Shown here piece by piece: positions 32,202-45,188 of a DNA stretch of 64,000 bases. The DNA comes from Epithemia pelagica (Eukaryota > Protista > Bacillariophyta). Numbering within the stretch: position 1 is the stretch's first letter; each line of letters begins with the position of its first letter. Under the pieces are notes generated by a model. That model worked only from the letters and a program-made list of their open reading frames with translations, was not told the DNA's origin and did not search any database. Both the position numbers and the translations under genes were made by a program. The stretch lies in the NCBI GenBank assembly GCA_946965045.2, contig OX337241.1:2542001-2606000 (forward strand), in the 5' to 3' direction.

Positions 32202-33233
32202 TCAAAAGGAACACTCTTCCTCCTCCTCGTCCAACTCCCACCACTCGTCATTCTCTCCTCCGTTTGTCAAACCATACCAGCCCACATCCGGTCCATAGAT
32301 GGTGCACGGTGGCGGCGACCATTTCTTGGGGCTTTGGCATTCCCACTGCTGCATCGCGGATGTGGTGGTGTCGTCCTCCTTGGTTCGACCACGTTTCGAG
32401 GGTCGTTCCACCAGTGTGGAATGAGAAGTCTTGGTTGTGAGCGTCGGCGGTAAAGGATTCGCTTGTCCTTGCGGTTGTTGCAGATTTGGGTTCGTCGTGG
32501 CTCGTGGTGTTGGTTCCGAACGAGTGCACGGTGACTGGAACGAGAATGGCACATTTGTGCTGGCTTCGTCCTCCATGACATAATCCACAGTGTCGTCGTA
32601 CTGAATGTCATCCCAGGGGGCTTTCGAACTGGAGTCATGCGATTGTCGGTGGGGATTAATGATGCTGCAAAAACCAGAAGCCATCTGGGGTCTTGCTGTC
32701 GAAGGGGTCCTGAATTCCGATACAGAGGAAGAAGACAGACGAGGAGAAGAACCATGTGATTCTGTTTCTTCCAGGAGATATGGCAGATCCTGACAGTGTG
32801 GTGATGGCACGTCTTGTTGCTCCGGGCGGACGCTGTGGGAGGGTGCACCAGGTGTTGTTGCAGTCAAAGTGGTAATAATGTGCATGCGAGGCAAAGCAAA
32901 CTCTGTTTGGTCGTGGTGCATAGCAATCTTGGAATCGGGCAGGGTAGGTGTCAAAGTACACAGGGACAGTTTTCGTTTCTTGTTTGGGTTAGCCCAAGGT
33001 GACAAGTACGGATGCTGATCCAATGTGGGAGGCGGTGTGACTGTTCTTCCGGTGGTCATTGTCGTGCTAGTAGTAGCGACATGCGGACTGGTCCTTGCGG
33101 TTGTCACCATCGAGTCTGTACTGTTGCTCTTCTCCACTCGGGTCATGGTGGCCAGAATGCGGCGACTGCCGTTTGAACTGCCGCCATGTGTGACAGCGAA
33201 AGGTCGTCGGACCGAAGAAGGAGAATGCATCAT
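32202..33233 (-). CDS. Hypothetical S/T/P-rich protein, 343 aa
   Basis: ATG-initiated long ORF, NLS-like PNKKRKL, acidic/aromatic C-terminus; no recognised domain. Confidence 0.55.
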   Translation of the reverse strand: MMHSPSSVRRPFAVTHGGSSNGSRRILATMTRVEKSNSTDSMVTTARTSPHVATTSTTMTTGRTVTPPPTLDQHPYLSPWANPNKKRKLSLCTLTPTLPDSKIAMHHDQTEFALPRMHIITTLTATTPGAPSHSVRPEQQDVPSPHCQDLPYLLEETESHGSSPRLSSSSVSEFRTPSTARPQMASGFCSIINPHRQSHDSSSKAPWDDIQYDDTVDYVMEDEASTNVPFSFQSPCTRSEPTPRATTNPNLQQPQGQANPLPPTLTTKTSHSTLVERPSKRGRTKEDDTTTSAMQQWECQSPKKWSPPPCTIYGPDVGWYGLTNGGENDEWWELDEEEEECSF

Positions 33234-34984
33234 GGTTGACGGAACAAGAATGTTAGAAAGAAAGTGTCTGGTGTCTTGAAAGGGATACGTCTCTTGTTGG
33301 TATTCGGTTGTAAAGATTTATGAGAACAATAAAGGAGGAGGAGGAGATGTTGGAATCGTGCCCACTGTATGGAGTGAAGTGTGTCGTCGCAGAGAGAGGT
33401 GGGTTTCGTAAAACCGTACGAGGTGTTTGGATGGATACACGAAACTGGTTCGTTCGGGTTCGGTTGAATACGGCGAACAGAGGTGCAACTATACCCTTCC
33501 AACAAGACAGCGATGGAGAATGAGGGGGGAAACGAAGGACTTGCTGTCACTCAGTGGGATCGAAACGTTGACACAGCAATGAGATTGTGATCTCTTTTGA
33601 TTTTCTTCCTTTTTGTCCTGTCGTGTTCTGCTTTCATGCTTGCTTGGTTTGCTGATGTTGATCGCTATTGTGGATTCCCCCCTCGTGTTTGTGTTGTCAC
33701 AGTCACACCCTGCTCATTCTGACACGGGCCGTTCCCCGACACAAAAGCCCCGCTCTCGGATTTTTCCACATGCGCCTCCCCCCTAGCGAAGGTTGTTTTG
33801 AGGTTGTAGTTTCTGGCTCAGATTTTACACCCTATAAGAGCGTCTGAGGCTCCCCGTACATCTCATCGCGAAGGCATATTTTTCTTCCTTAAAATATGTT
33901 TAATTTAAAACATGTTTAAACGCTCGTACTTAATGGGTCGTGTGTAAGTCCATCCGCTATTTCTATGTGGTCTACCTCCATTAGAATTGTTCTTCATAAT
34001 ACACACCTTCTCCTACTCCTAGATGAATTATGAACCGCCAAAGTGCCAGACAGCTGAAACGTTCCAAAGGCAATGCTTTCTCTTTCAAGCACCCATCACT
34101 TCCTTGGACTTTGGTTTTGACTGATATCTTGACGGTTTCTAGTCTTCGGCATATTTCTGTCGATGCTGCCTAGGATATATATTCGGTGCCGCCATTTAAC
34201 CTTACAGGCCTGTCGGGTAAGCATGAAGGAAATGAATGGTGGGACTGTTTTGTAGTGGTCAATGCACATTGTCACACTCAACAAGTCGACTTCTTCAGCA
34301 GGTGAAACAAAAGATAGTTGGGTCTTCTCACTGAGACAGTAGCTTTCGTGAGCTATTATGACGTAGGAGTATTTGTTTTCCCCTGGCTCTTGAAGGAGTA
34401 CACTTGAGCGAGTGTCGTATTGAAAGAATGACATAACATGTAACGTACAATACGGACATGGTCCTTTAATGCTGTTCACATCGCCTCACCATATTTTCCG
34501 CAGGCGCAGGAGGAAAACATTCGCGCTTCTCTTCTATCTACAAGTAAACATTCGCGTTTCTGGCAGATCATGTGTTTTGGACAAGAGTTCTTCTCCTAGA
34601 ACCTAGAACTGCACCTTGATATTGCGACTTCTGTCCAGCATGACGCCGTTTGCGAGGCCAATGTCCGTAGTACCGCATTGTCGATTGATTTGGGGAATGG
34701 GGAAAGCGTCTCATTATTTTCGGATTGGTCCTTGCGAATTCTTATTCATGCGGCTTGCGGTAAATTCGGCGTCAGACGCTGGCATAGCCATTTTTATTGC
34801 CCCCAGCCCCAGATCGAGCATGCACATACAACCTACAAATTCTTGTCTACAATGTTTCTTGGGATAGACTCAATATCAATAGTACTTCTAGCTAGTGAGT
34901 ACGAGTAGGTACATACTCGTATGACATATGCCCATGGTACCAGTACTCGTAGAGATGCCGAATGCCGACGGCGACCAGCGACTG

Positions 34985-36245
34985 CCGCCTCACAAATTAC
35001 GAAACAAAATCCAAGCACCGGGAGCCGGGAGATGGAGATATCCGATTCACTGGAACTCTAAATGCATACGATCTCAGAGGACACTCAGTCAGTGAACTCA
35101 TTATTTCAAACCAAAAGAAGTCAAAAACCTATTCGCCTTGTCGAAAAGATTGACGGTCATCAGCATTATGAAACGTTCTTCTTGTACCCTTATCTTGGCG
35201 ACGCTTTGTACACTTAGCCATGGGACTTTTGTTTTGCTTCAAGACGATCTAAGGGAATGGGTACGTTTCCCGAGGGGCAAACATTTCAACACAGCACTCC
35301 ATTGATCCCGAGTCTTACCGTCCTCTATGATCAGTTTCATGCACAGCTTGCAAAACTTGAACATGATGGACAAGACCGACTCCTTGCTACGAGCCGCCGA
35401 CTTCCTCCAAGGGGCAAAGATTACTCGGGTGGAAAGAAACAAAAGAGTGACAAGAATAGTGGCAAACAGAAGCGTTCGGAGTGCAACCGCAACATTGCGT
35501 TTCGATATGGCTCACGTTTGGCCATTGCGACAGCCTATTGTCCTGGTTCGTGCATGTCTACCGTATTTATGGACCAAGCGAAACTCATACTTGTGACAAA
35601 AGCGACAAACGTCAGTCTTGGACAATTCAACCCGTAGCGGGTAGTCCGGCGGTTCAAATCAAGAGCGACTACACGCATCAGTGCGTCGGTGTAACGGACT
35701 GTCATCCTGGCTTTTCAACGGTTGACGATGCGGCACGGCCCCTCGTCGAATCCACCGCCTTGGACTGTGATGATCCTGACACAGAAATGATCTTCATCTA
35801 TGGCTTTTTCATGGCATGGAGCTGCTGGAGACAAGGTGGAGCAGACTTGTATTTTGATCCTTCTGGTGAACTAGAATGTGGACAGGGCATGTTTGATGAC
35901 GATGGTTTTGGTGGCGGCCTCCTAAGGTTTCTTGATCCTTGCGTACTGGACAGTCGTTAAAGGAAGTGGAACTCTTTGTCACGCAAAGTTATCATCATCG
36001 ACTCGTGACCACGGAAACGTACGAGATGGAAGGGAATTCCATAGGTGGTTAATGGTTAAGCAACCAAGAGTAGGAGGAAATCAGGGTCTATTGGTTCTGG
36101 GAGAACTGAAGCCAATGATGCATAGAAAACTACTCCTAATGAAACTTCTCGTGAGTATTGAATGGTAACAGCCTGTAGCACAGATAGTCCCATATGCCTT
36201 TATCACACGCCGATCGCCGAAACTCTCATAGAAAGCGTGTTTTGG
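34985..36245 (+). repeat. Segmental duplication of ~21935-23195 (ricin-like gene plus flanks)
   Basis: Colinear identity from TCACAAATTA..CAAAATCCAAGCACCGGGAG through the CDS to AAGAGTAGGAGGAAATCAGGGTCTATTGGTT and GAAAGCGTGTT. Confidence 0.9.
35168..35960 (+). pseudogene. Ricin-B-like secreted protein, copy 2; join(35168..35260,35335..35960); 1-bp deletion after 35568
   Basis: Intact signal exon MKRSSCTLILATLCTLSHG. GTATTT-ATGGACCA here versus GTATTTGATGGACCA in copy 1 explains the split into ORFs 35257-35637 and 35481-35960. Confidence 0.8.
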
Positions 36246-37234
36246 ATTGGGGATCTTCTGCTGGGGAATCGACACAACATGATGGAGGACTGAGTCGCCT
36301 TCGCCGTCTACCAGTGACTATCTCAAGTGCCATCTACGGGTACAGGGGCTTTTGGGGTGTCCTTGGAGCTTCATGGACAGATGAATGACTTAAGGTCAAA
36401 GTGGAGTACGTTGGGTTTGCGTTGATTTGAATGACAATGATAAACGTGTGCGGCGATCACGCCAATTACCAACTACGAGCCCACTGGTTGAAAGTTGAAA
36501 ATCATTTTGTTGACCACGGTCAAAGCAATACCATGATGACGCTGACTCTTCTTCTAATCTTGGCGAAATGTCGTAGTGTCTTCCCAACAAAGATGTGAAT
36601 TGTACTTCCCATGTTTGATTGGGAAGTTTATCGTCATGCTGTTCCCTTCGGGAAACTTTTGGGGCACTACGAGTATTGTAATAGTTTGGCATCATGGAGC
36701 ATGGCAGTGTGATGGTCAATCCCAGCCAGTTGAAAGCAACGTGCAAGTGCAATCTTCCAGTATTCTCTAGTATGACGATTAAAACTTCGAATCTTCAGTC
36801 CGTATCCATCGACTTGTGAATGGCGCATCATGCATGCCGCGGTTCGGATTTTGTGATTTTTTGACAGGGGAGATGGATGGTGGACCGCATGCTCGTTCGC
36901 TTTTTTTCGGCCAGAGGGAAGAAGCAGCTGTCCACTGCACCCAAATCCGGACATGTGATGGCTTCCTCAGCTTCGTATTCTTGAAGGCCGTCCTTCTGCC
37001 CGGTGTGTAATTGTCGAAGGACCTCATGGTCGTTCGCATTTCCGGTTTTGGTATCATGTGCTTGTTTGTTCAGCTTCCAGTTGCACCCAGATCCGGAAGA
37101 TTCTTCAGAGCACCTAAAGCACGTGTGTTGTTACAGGTTTTGGTTTTGCGAAGCCAAAAAAGGGCATGCCATGAGCCGTTGATTTGTCGGTTGTCCATTG
37201 TAAACGATCCGACGCCCGAGGTGGTCCCTCCTTT

Positions 37235-37628
37235 GTCGCACAAGTTATAGGTATCCGATCGAGTCGTCTCGATAAGGAGTACACCTTCTTGTGGTTGATT
37301 CACTTAACACACCGTAGACAAGACTCGAACTATCATAACTAGTTCTCTAGCTAGGTATGCTATAGAAGACGAGATTGGCGCCATTGACCATGACGGGACT
37401 ACCAACATTGGCTTACATGTGAGAATCAAAGATACATGAGAGAACCTGTGGTCATTGGGAAATGGACAATCATCCAAGGATACGTACAGGATACGTAGCC
37501 AAGGTACATTAGAGATATGACCCAGTAGATCCTCGTAGCCTTAGTACATTTGGGAAGAAATGCACGTAGGATCTCTGTACCCAGTACTGGGGATAATAAC
37601 CTAATGTGGCAGCAAAGACAGCCATGGG
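37235..37628 (+). repeat. LTR-like direct repeat, 5' copy
   Basis: Matches 41027-41414 apart from a few substitutions and small indels (e.g. an extra CTAG). Confidence 0.9.
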
Positions 37629-38103
37629 CAAGCAAGGCAAACAACAATCAACCACAAACCTGACTCAGAGAGTCTGTTGAGACTGTTAATGAACGACAAT
37701 CTTATCTCACTAGTTTATGAATAAGACAGCAAGAAGTATGACAGAGACTCAAGGCAATGCTGACCTGACTTTCTCTCTGAGTGTTGGGGAGAATCTTGCA
37801 CTGGAGGAAACTCATCTAGAAAGTTTAGGTCACATCTTCTGTACTGTATTCCAGTGTCCACGATACCTAGTTCCTTTCTGTGCCTGGATGGAGTACAACG
37901 GTTATGATTCTTTTTCTGAGGTTGTTGAGATTCTATCTATGGACATCAAGCTTGGTCTCGACAGTACAAATGGATTCCTAGCTACAACTACATCGGAACC
38001 TATTTTGCTACCCAAAACAGTGGAATATGCACTAGAGGACCTAGCTATGTGGGCTATTGACAAGATGCATTTCACGAGAAAGATAATCAGTGACACGGAC
38101 TTA

Positions 38104-38907
38104 GGCTATCTCCACCCGGGCCCGCTAAAGGCCTCAAAACCGCTATCGAACTCCACCATCTCCTCTAACCGCTAAACAGCTCCGCCATCCGCTATTTTTG
38201 CCGCTATTTAGGGCCCCGAATAGCGGGGAAAATAGCGGATAGCGGAGCAAAATATAACCGTCGGCATAAATTAATTAACGTCTGCTGCCAACAGTGAAAC
38301 TTTGAATCTCTCGTGTCGAAAACATGGCAATGACACGTATTGATTGTGACGATCGCTTACCATCTCTTTTTCCATTGTTGTGTTCCCTACTTCCTACAAT
38401 GGGACAAGAACCATGCACAGCAAGATGATTCGAGGATCACGGATCGGAAGGAATGCAACAATCAAACAAATGCATCATTCAAACTATTGATGAGTTCGAT
38501 TATCAATTATCAGACAATCAGTCGGAAATCGGACAGGGAATAGGAAGATTGGACTGCAACCTACAACCTACAACCTACATCTACATTGGCCATGAACAAC
38601 AACATGATTCACCATGACAGTCAACAATGAAGAGGGAGAACAACGGGTCCTCCATCTTTGGTTTATGCTTTGTGCTCTCGTTGATTGTCTTGTTTGAATT
38701 CCGCAACTTCCGCGGTCGCACCCCTTTTTAACCGAAACAAGAGAGGGCATATGCGCAATGCGTACGCGCAACGCGAGATAGCGGCGTTCTTTTAACGGAG
38801 ATCGTGGAGTTTATTTCCCTTTGGCTCCGCTAATCCGCTATCCGGATAGCGAGGCCAATCAGAAAGCCCCAATACGTCAGCATAGCGGCGCTCGGGTGGA
38901 GATAGCC
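38104..38907. mobile_element. Non-autonomous PIF/Harbinger-type MITE (804 bp) nested in the gag-like ORF
   Basis: TIRs GGCTATCTCCACCCG / CGGGTGGAGATAGCC, TTA on both sides (38101-38103, 38908-38910), and about a dozen subterminal CCGCTA/TAGCG(G) motifs. Removing it restores the frame DTDL|LDLTPSG. Confidence 0.88.
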
Positions 38908-41026
38908 TTACTAGATCTTACTCCCTCCGGCCTTTTTTTATCGCACGAAGTTGAGAAAAATGACATAACGTCTCGAGCGTCAGCCCATTCGCGCTAAAAA
39001 TTATATAGATCGAAAGCTTATTACTAGACTCAAATTTCCATGTATAATTTTTATGTTCCATCTCACAATCCTGAAGAGCTACATGGAACTAAAAGAGGCT
39101 AAAAACGCAATCCAAACTTTGGCGTACCGGTTCTGGCCCCCCAGGCGCACCCAAGGGATGGCACCCTCCAGCCAGGCCCGCGAGGGGGTAAAGTACATAG
39201 ACTTGCCGGCTAATGACTGTGGACGTTCTATAGACATTCATCTATCCTTCCCCATCTGAATGGCACCTTGCCAGAGGTGTTTTGTCTTTCGTCGCCAAAA
39301 TTTTTGGAGTTCATCGATCCATCATAAGTAGGCTATGAGAGTGCGCAGAGCAACTCGCACGCGGTGGACTTAATTAACTCCCCCGAAATTTCATCCAACG
39401 CACGCGCGCGTGGTCGATTCCTATGTGTTTTTCGACTGCTGTTACAAAAGCGGTTAAAAGTGTAACGCGATAGAAGGATAGTTAAGTTGTGGTGCGTGTC
39501 ACATTGAATGTTCATCTCTAAAATTCGACTCCGAATGAGCCGGCCATCCTCCTGTAGAAATGTACCAGGTCCTACGACGGATGTTTATGCGACTGATTTT
39601 TCGAAAAATAGATCGTGCGATAAAAAAAGGCCGGAGGGAGAGTAGCTACCAAGAGTTTGTTGACTGGCGTGACCAATTTTCCGTCAATCATCAGTATCTA
39701 GATCCTGATCTACCTCTTCCAAGTCTAGTCCTACGAGATGATTCTGATCACACGTGTGACATCATCGCGAAACAGATATCTTCGGCTGACAGACGGACCA
39801 TATTCGGATTCAAGATTACACTCAAGACTAAAAACTATGTTGTCTTGCGCAACCACATTAATATTAGGTATCCTCGCTTTGGATACCCACATGGAGTACA
39901 GCACGAATATCATGGTGGCAAAGCATTTGGACGCACATAGAGAATCAAGCCTGGCTCTGTATCTGGAACCCAAGTAGGTATCCAAGACAATGATCATGGC
40001 AACGCAACTGGGGCAAAGCTGGGAGACAATGGCAACCCAATTGGGGCAGAGCTGGGAAATCTATCTGATCACTTGGCTAGACCTAAAGTGAGAGTTCAGA
40101 ATGATGGAATAGAGATGAACCAAGATGATGGTTCTTGTAATATCAAGCATGAACAAATCATGGGTAACCTTTCATCTAGCTATGCTGGCAATGGAGTCAA
40201 CGAAGCCTTGAACAATCCTAAAGCTAGCTATGATGGCAATCAACTTGGAGTCAAGATCGATCACACTAGTTCTAGCTATTTAGCATCGCTTGGAGAGAAG
40301 CTAGTTCTATCTAGATCAATCTCGCAACCAAAATGCAAAGAGGGGGTGACAGTTCCAAAGAATTCCCCTTCAGCAGCAAATGGGGGAGCACTAGTTCTGG
40401 AAAAAGACCTTCCAACATCAGAAAGGGGGGCAATATGTTTGGAAAAAGACCAACCGGATGAACACGGACAGAGAGCTACTTCGCACTATGTTGACTACCC
40501 AAATAGAGTCGAATGGGGAGAAGTAAACTATGATGGCAATGGAAGTGGAGCTCAGAAGGGATATCATCGTTGTGATGATGATTTTATTGATGGAGAAGAC
40601 TCAGGAATGGAGGATTATTTTGATGAACATAATATTAGCCATGAAATCATTTTTCTAGACGATCATGATGGAATCAGCAATGGCTACATTATCAATCTCC
40701 TCTTCATCCACAAGATGAAACATAGAGGACGATCACTACCTTTTGTGACGACAAATTCATCAGAGGCATGTGGAGGCAAACACATCTATCATAAAGGAAA
40801 TGATGGACTTAGATTTGGCATGCCATGGGGAGACAATATGGGGAGAAATTTAAAGAGTTGGAGAAAACTAAGTCCTAGGGGACCTATGGTTTTCTGTGTC
40901 AATGCTAGCATGACTAGCCGAGCTATGCGTTCAATGACAAATGTTCATTATGGACGAGAAATTGGGGAGAAATCAAGATTTGTTGGAAATTTGTTTGATT
41001 TGGTGTGTAAATCTGAATCAAGGGGA

Positions 41027-41414
41027 GTCGCACAAGTTAAAGGTATCCGATCGAGTCGTCTCGATAAGGAGTACACCTTCTTGTGGTTGATTCACTTAAC
41101 ACAACGTAGACAAGACTCGAACTATCATAACTAGTTCTCTAGGTATGCTATAGAAGACGAGATTGGCGCCATTGACCATGACGGGACTACCAACATTGGC
41201 TTACATGAGAATCAAAGATACATGTGAGAACCTGTGGTCATTGGGAAATGGACAATCATCCAAGGATACGTACAGGATACGTAGCCAAGGTACATTAGAG
41301 ATATGACCCAGTAGATCCTCGTAGCCTTAGTACATTTGGGAAGAAATGCACGTAGGATCTCTGTACCCAGTACTGGGGATAATAACCTAATGTGGCAGCA
41401 AAGACAGCCATGGG
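41027..41414 (+). repeat. LTR-like direct repeat, 3' copy
   Basis: Matches 37235-37628. Confidence 0.9.
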
Positions 41415-41983
41415 GAAAGACATTCAAATCTAGAATAAAGCTCACAATCTAAAATCTCACCATTCATCACATCTCTTTGTGTCCTACCTACTCTCCTAGT
41501 AGTTGTTGGCCTTTTCCTTGACCCGTGAGGAACTGGCTACGTAGTTGGTGACTCCTGATTGTCCTCTTTGCTCTCTGTCTGCTGAGGCTTTGGTACAGCC
41601 TCTAAAACCTAACACTCACCACATTCCTGTTTGGGCAGACGCCCTTTAACCTTTGCGACTTTGGTGGATTTTGGAATTTGTTTGGCGCACCCAGATTTTA
41701 AGCATTTAACAATAGTTGGGGGAGCTGGGGGATTTCAACCGCCAAGGCTTATGCAAGAGCAATCTTAGAAAGGGAATTGGCATATAGAAAATAGATGATA
41801 GAGCTCTTTGGTCCTGTCAAATTTCATAAATGAACCCGCATGCGAAGCTCCCAAGAAATAATAATAGACACGAGCTTGAAATTCCTCCACATCCACAGAA
41901 ATCTTTCGCACCCGCGCTTTCTTCGTCTCATTATTTTTTGAAATCCAGGATTTTGACAGGCACAATCAGACCACGCCATCACC

Positions 41984-42827
41984 ATGAAGTTTGCTTCCAT
42001 TCTCATCTTTACGACGCTTTCTTCCCTGGCGCGTGCAAACTTCTTGCCTATCGAGGAGGGTCTAAAGGAAGAGGTATGTTCGAAACAAGTGAAGTTGCCG
42101 AACGACGAGATGGTTCATCTGGAGTCTTACCGATCTTGACTTTTCCTAGATTGATGCGGAGCTTCGCAAGCTTGAAGAACAGGGATATTACGAACCTCTT
42201 GTGAATCGTCATCGCAAACTCCCATATTACAGGGGCGAGAAGGACTCAAGTAGTGACAAGGACGACTCGAGCGGCAAGAAACAAAAGGGTCACAAGAAGG
42301 TTGCAAAGACGGGAGACCGTTCCTCGAAGTGCAACAGTGACATCTCATTCCGCTTTGACTCTGGTTTAAACCTTGGAACACAGTACTGCGCTGGCTCTTG
42401 CTTGTCGGCTGTGTACGATGAACCGCCCCTCATTCTTCCCTGTGACGCAAGTGACAAGAGTCAGTCCTGGACGATTCAGCCTGTTCCTGGCAGTCCGGCG
42501 GTTCAAATCAAGAGTGACTATACGCATCAATGCGTCGGTCTCCCCGAATGTGTCCCATGCCATCCTCTGGGGTGCAATATACCTGAGGATGAGGAGTGCG
42601 AGCAGGAGTTGATTCGGTCTACGTCCATGGACTGTAGTGATCCTAACACGGAAATGGTTTTCGTTCGTGGGTCCTTCATGGCATGGAACTGTTGGAAAGA
42701 AGGCATTGCCGATTTGCACTTTGATCCAGCAGATGATCATTACTGTGAATCAGGCACATTTGATGACGATGGCCTATTCGGTGCTCCCATCCTGTTTCTT
42801 GATCCTTGTGTCTTCGATAATCATTAA
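41984..42827 (+). CDS. Secreted ricin-B/beta-trefoil-like Cys-rich protein, intact copy; join(41984..42073,42150..42827), 255 aa
   Basis: Signal MKFASILIFTTLSSLARA, GTATGT...CCTAG 76-bp phase-0 intron, pro-region ending RKL, then LPCDASDKSQSWTI, QIKSDYTHQCV, MAWNCW. Confidence 0.8.
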
Positions 42828-43441
42828 GGAAGTGAAGCTCGTTGTCATTCAAAGCTCGGATTGGTGTTTCTGCAAGAAGGACAGTTTCATCATTGTTCTT
42901 AGTCCTTTGCCTCCGTAACTCTGTTTATCACATACACGATTGTTTATGGAGCAAGTCTTAGTTCTCAATGGAGCGCCATAATGTGCTGTGTTTGGTCTGT
43001 GAACGTAGTCATTTGAGACAAATATTTAGGCCTCAGAACATAACATAGCTGAATCAAAACAACGAACTACCTAGAGGAGTAGATGACGAACTAAGAGTTA
43101 ATTGATTCTATTGAGCCTGAATATCTATGGAAAAGTCGTCTAGACGTTGTTCATGTGCACAGAACCTGCCGTATTCAAGCATGGAGTTCAAATCTAATGT
43201 CGCGGCAATATTAATGTAGAAAGGGAGCATGACAACGATGATGAACCCAACAAGTATGAGGTAATGTTCGAGTCCATGAGAGAGCAGCGCTGAGGTTCAG
43301 GTGGAATCGAAGCAAAGTCAGTTGTGTTGTGCAATACAGTCCATGAACAGGTTCTCGTGTACATCGTCGGCTTCAATTTTGATCAATCCATACGTGTGGG
43401 ATGGGTGTCGTGATTCAATCACACTTGTGTTCTCGACTGCT

Positions 43442-43852
43442 TCAGCCCTCACAGGTGGACGAGGAGGAGCAAGAGGACGTGCTTCCGCCATGGACGACTG
43501 TCACGCCCACAGCCTCGAGAAACAATCGTCGCTTCATGCGTCGCAACTTGGTTGCCATGCTTGGTGGAGTAGTACCAGGAAGTGATCTTGTGCTTGTGAT
43601 GGAGGTGGTATCAGTGGTCGGACGGGAAGCCAACAAGACGGAGGGGGATGAGCTTGAGGGCGAATACGTGGAGCTTTCGTGGTCACGGTCTCCTTTCATC
43701 AACGTCCTTGAGGCAAAACTTCCATCGTCTTCCTTTCGTGCATTCGTGAAAGTGGTTGTCATGATTCGATCCTTGGTGGTTTCCATCTTGAGCCACAGGG
43801 GAAGATCCGTGGTGATGTTGTGAGAAGAACTTTTGGATGGAACCTTGCACAT
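43442..43852 (-). CDS. Small hypothetical protein, paralog of 45189-45515
   Basis: Shares SxATKLRRMKRRLxLEAVG with the 108-aa ORF; the 3' end may be spliced or frameshifted. Confidence 0.4.
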   Translation of the reverse strand: MCKVPSKSSSHNITTDLPLWLKMETTKDRIMTTTFTNARKEDDGSFASRTLMKGDRDHESSTYSPSSSSPSVLLASRPTTDTTSITSTRSLPGTTPPSMATKLRRMKRRLFLEAVGVTVVHGGSTSSCSSSSTCEG

Positions 43853-45188
43853 GATACTGACAAAATGGTTTGTTGAAACTGGTTAGGTGTACCTTTACGG
43901 TGATCTTAGGAATCAATAATAAATGACGCAAGGGAAAATAATGAGCTCTTTCTCGCCGTCCTTTCTCGTTTTTGTTCCGGCGATTTTGTTTGCTCACTTG
44001 TTGTGTGTGAAGACGATGGTTGATTGGTTGGATGATTGCGGGATTCTTGATGGATTTGGAGGCGTACTATTTGAGCTATACTTACCCCAACGGCTCGAAT
44101 CAATCACCTCCTTCCGGTAGATATTCCCCGTAGAGTTTTACGGAGTCTGAAGAATGGAGAGAGAAGACCGCCCATCCATCAACGAATGCGAACGACATTT
44201 CTCTCGGCCGGTCGCTGGTTCTCTCGGAGCATACTCCTTATCCATCAACACGTCCGTTAAAAGGTACAATCTAATCTATTCAATAATTCGTGTGTACGGC
44301 TTGGTAGTGGAAAAACCCGAACAATTCCTAATCTTCTCCGAACTCCGTACCCGCGTGCGTACGAGCACGAGCCGCCGCCATCCGCCATGGTCAACCGGTG
44401 TCTGTCTTGTGCCTGCGCAGTGACCTTCCGCTTCCGCCGAACCAGTGAAAGTGAAATCCATGCCGTCTACCCGAAGTGCTGTCATCTGTCATGTACCCCC
44501 AAGCAGTTGCGACCCGGTCAGTCGCACTTTTCGGTGCCTTCAACAGATGTGCAACGTAGTTGCACGACTCATCTGCGTCCTTACCGCTGCTTGGGAGTAT
44601 CTGTCATGGAGCAGAGAAGTCGGAAGTCGGAAGACAATGGCAAAAGCCGAACTCTCTAGAGCAGCATTTGATGGTTCGAATTGGTCTTTGTCTCAAGATT
44701 CCTACCAAAGTCTTGAGTGTAACAAGCGTCAGGTACTTCGTTGGTACGGTACTCAAGTGACACTAGACGAATAGATCATACGCTGTGATGTGTTGCTTGT
44801 GGAAATGTGCCGATTTCCCTGCCCATGTACCGGTTGAAATTTGTCGACATCATTTGCAACCCGCTACTTCTGTACAAGAACGTTCATGAGGCCTTGTTTC
44901 GCCTCCGAGCTACCCGGGATCACTTAGATACTACTAGAATGAATCATGACTGGTACACGTTCACCGGGGATATCCCTGGGTTGCCCGCCATAAATTCATT
45001 CAGGACACGACCTAGGACGCTGGATATGGATACAATATGGTGTCTTTTCTCATCGGCTTTATAGCTAGGGATTATGCAATATACAACACAGGTATATAGG
45101 GTAGCATTTGGGCTTATTCCAATCATGAAAGCGTCGAATTCTCAACTTGAACTGATGTTTGACCAACATACAGATCATGTTGAAAGCT

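Larger units (their letters stand above)
37234..41414 (+). mobile_element. Decayed/non-autonomous LTR element (Copia-like gag remnants, no pol seen); 3' LTR may extend to ~41623
   Basis: Near-identical ~390-bp direct repeats at 37235-37628 and 41027-41414. Left repeat starts TG; purine tract AAGGGGAG precedes the right repeat. Internal ORFs 37717-38103(+38911-38997) and 39560-39940 resemble diatom copia gag. No clean TSD or PBS found. Confidence 0.6.

Noticed and set aside
36300-37230. Possible TE-derived coding debris
   Set aside because: Many stops in all frames; no motif I can name.
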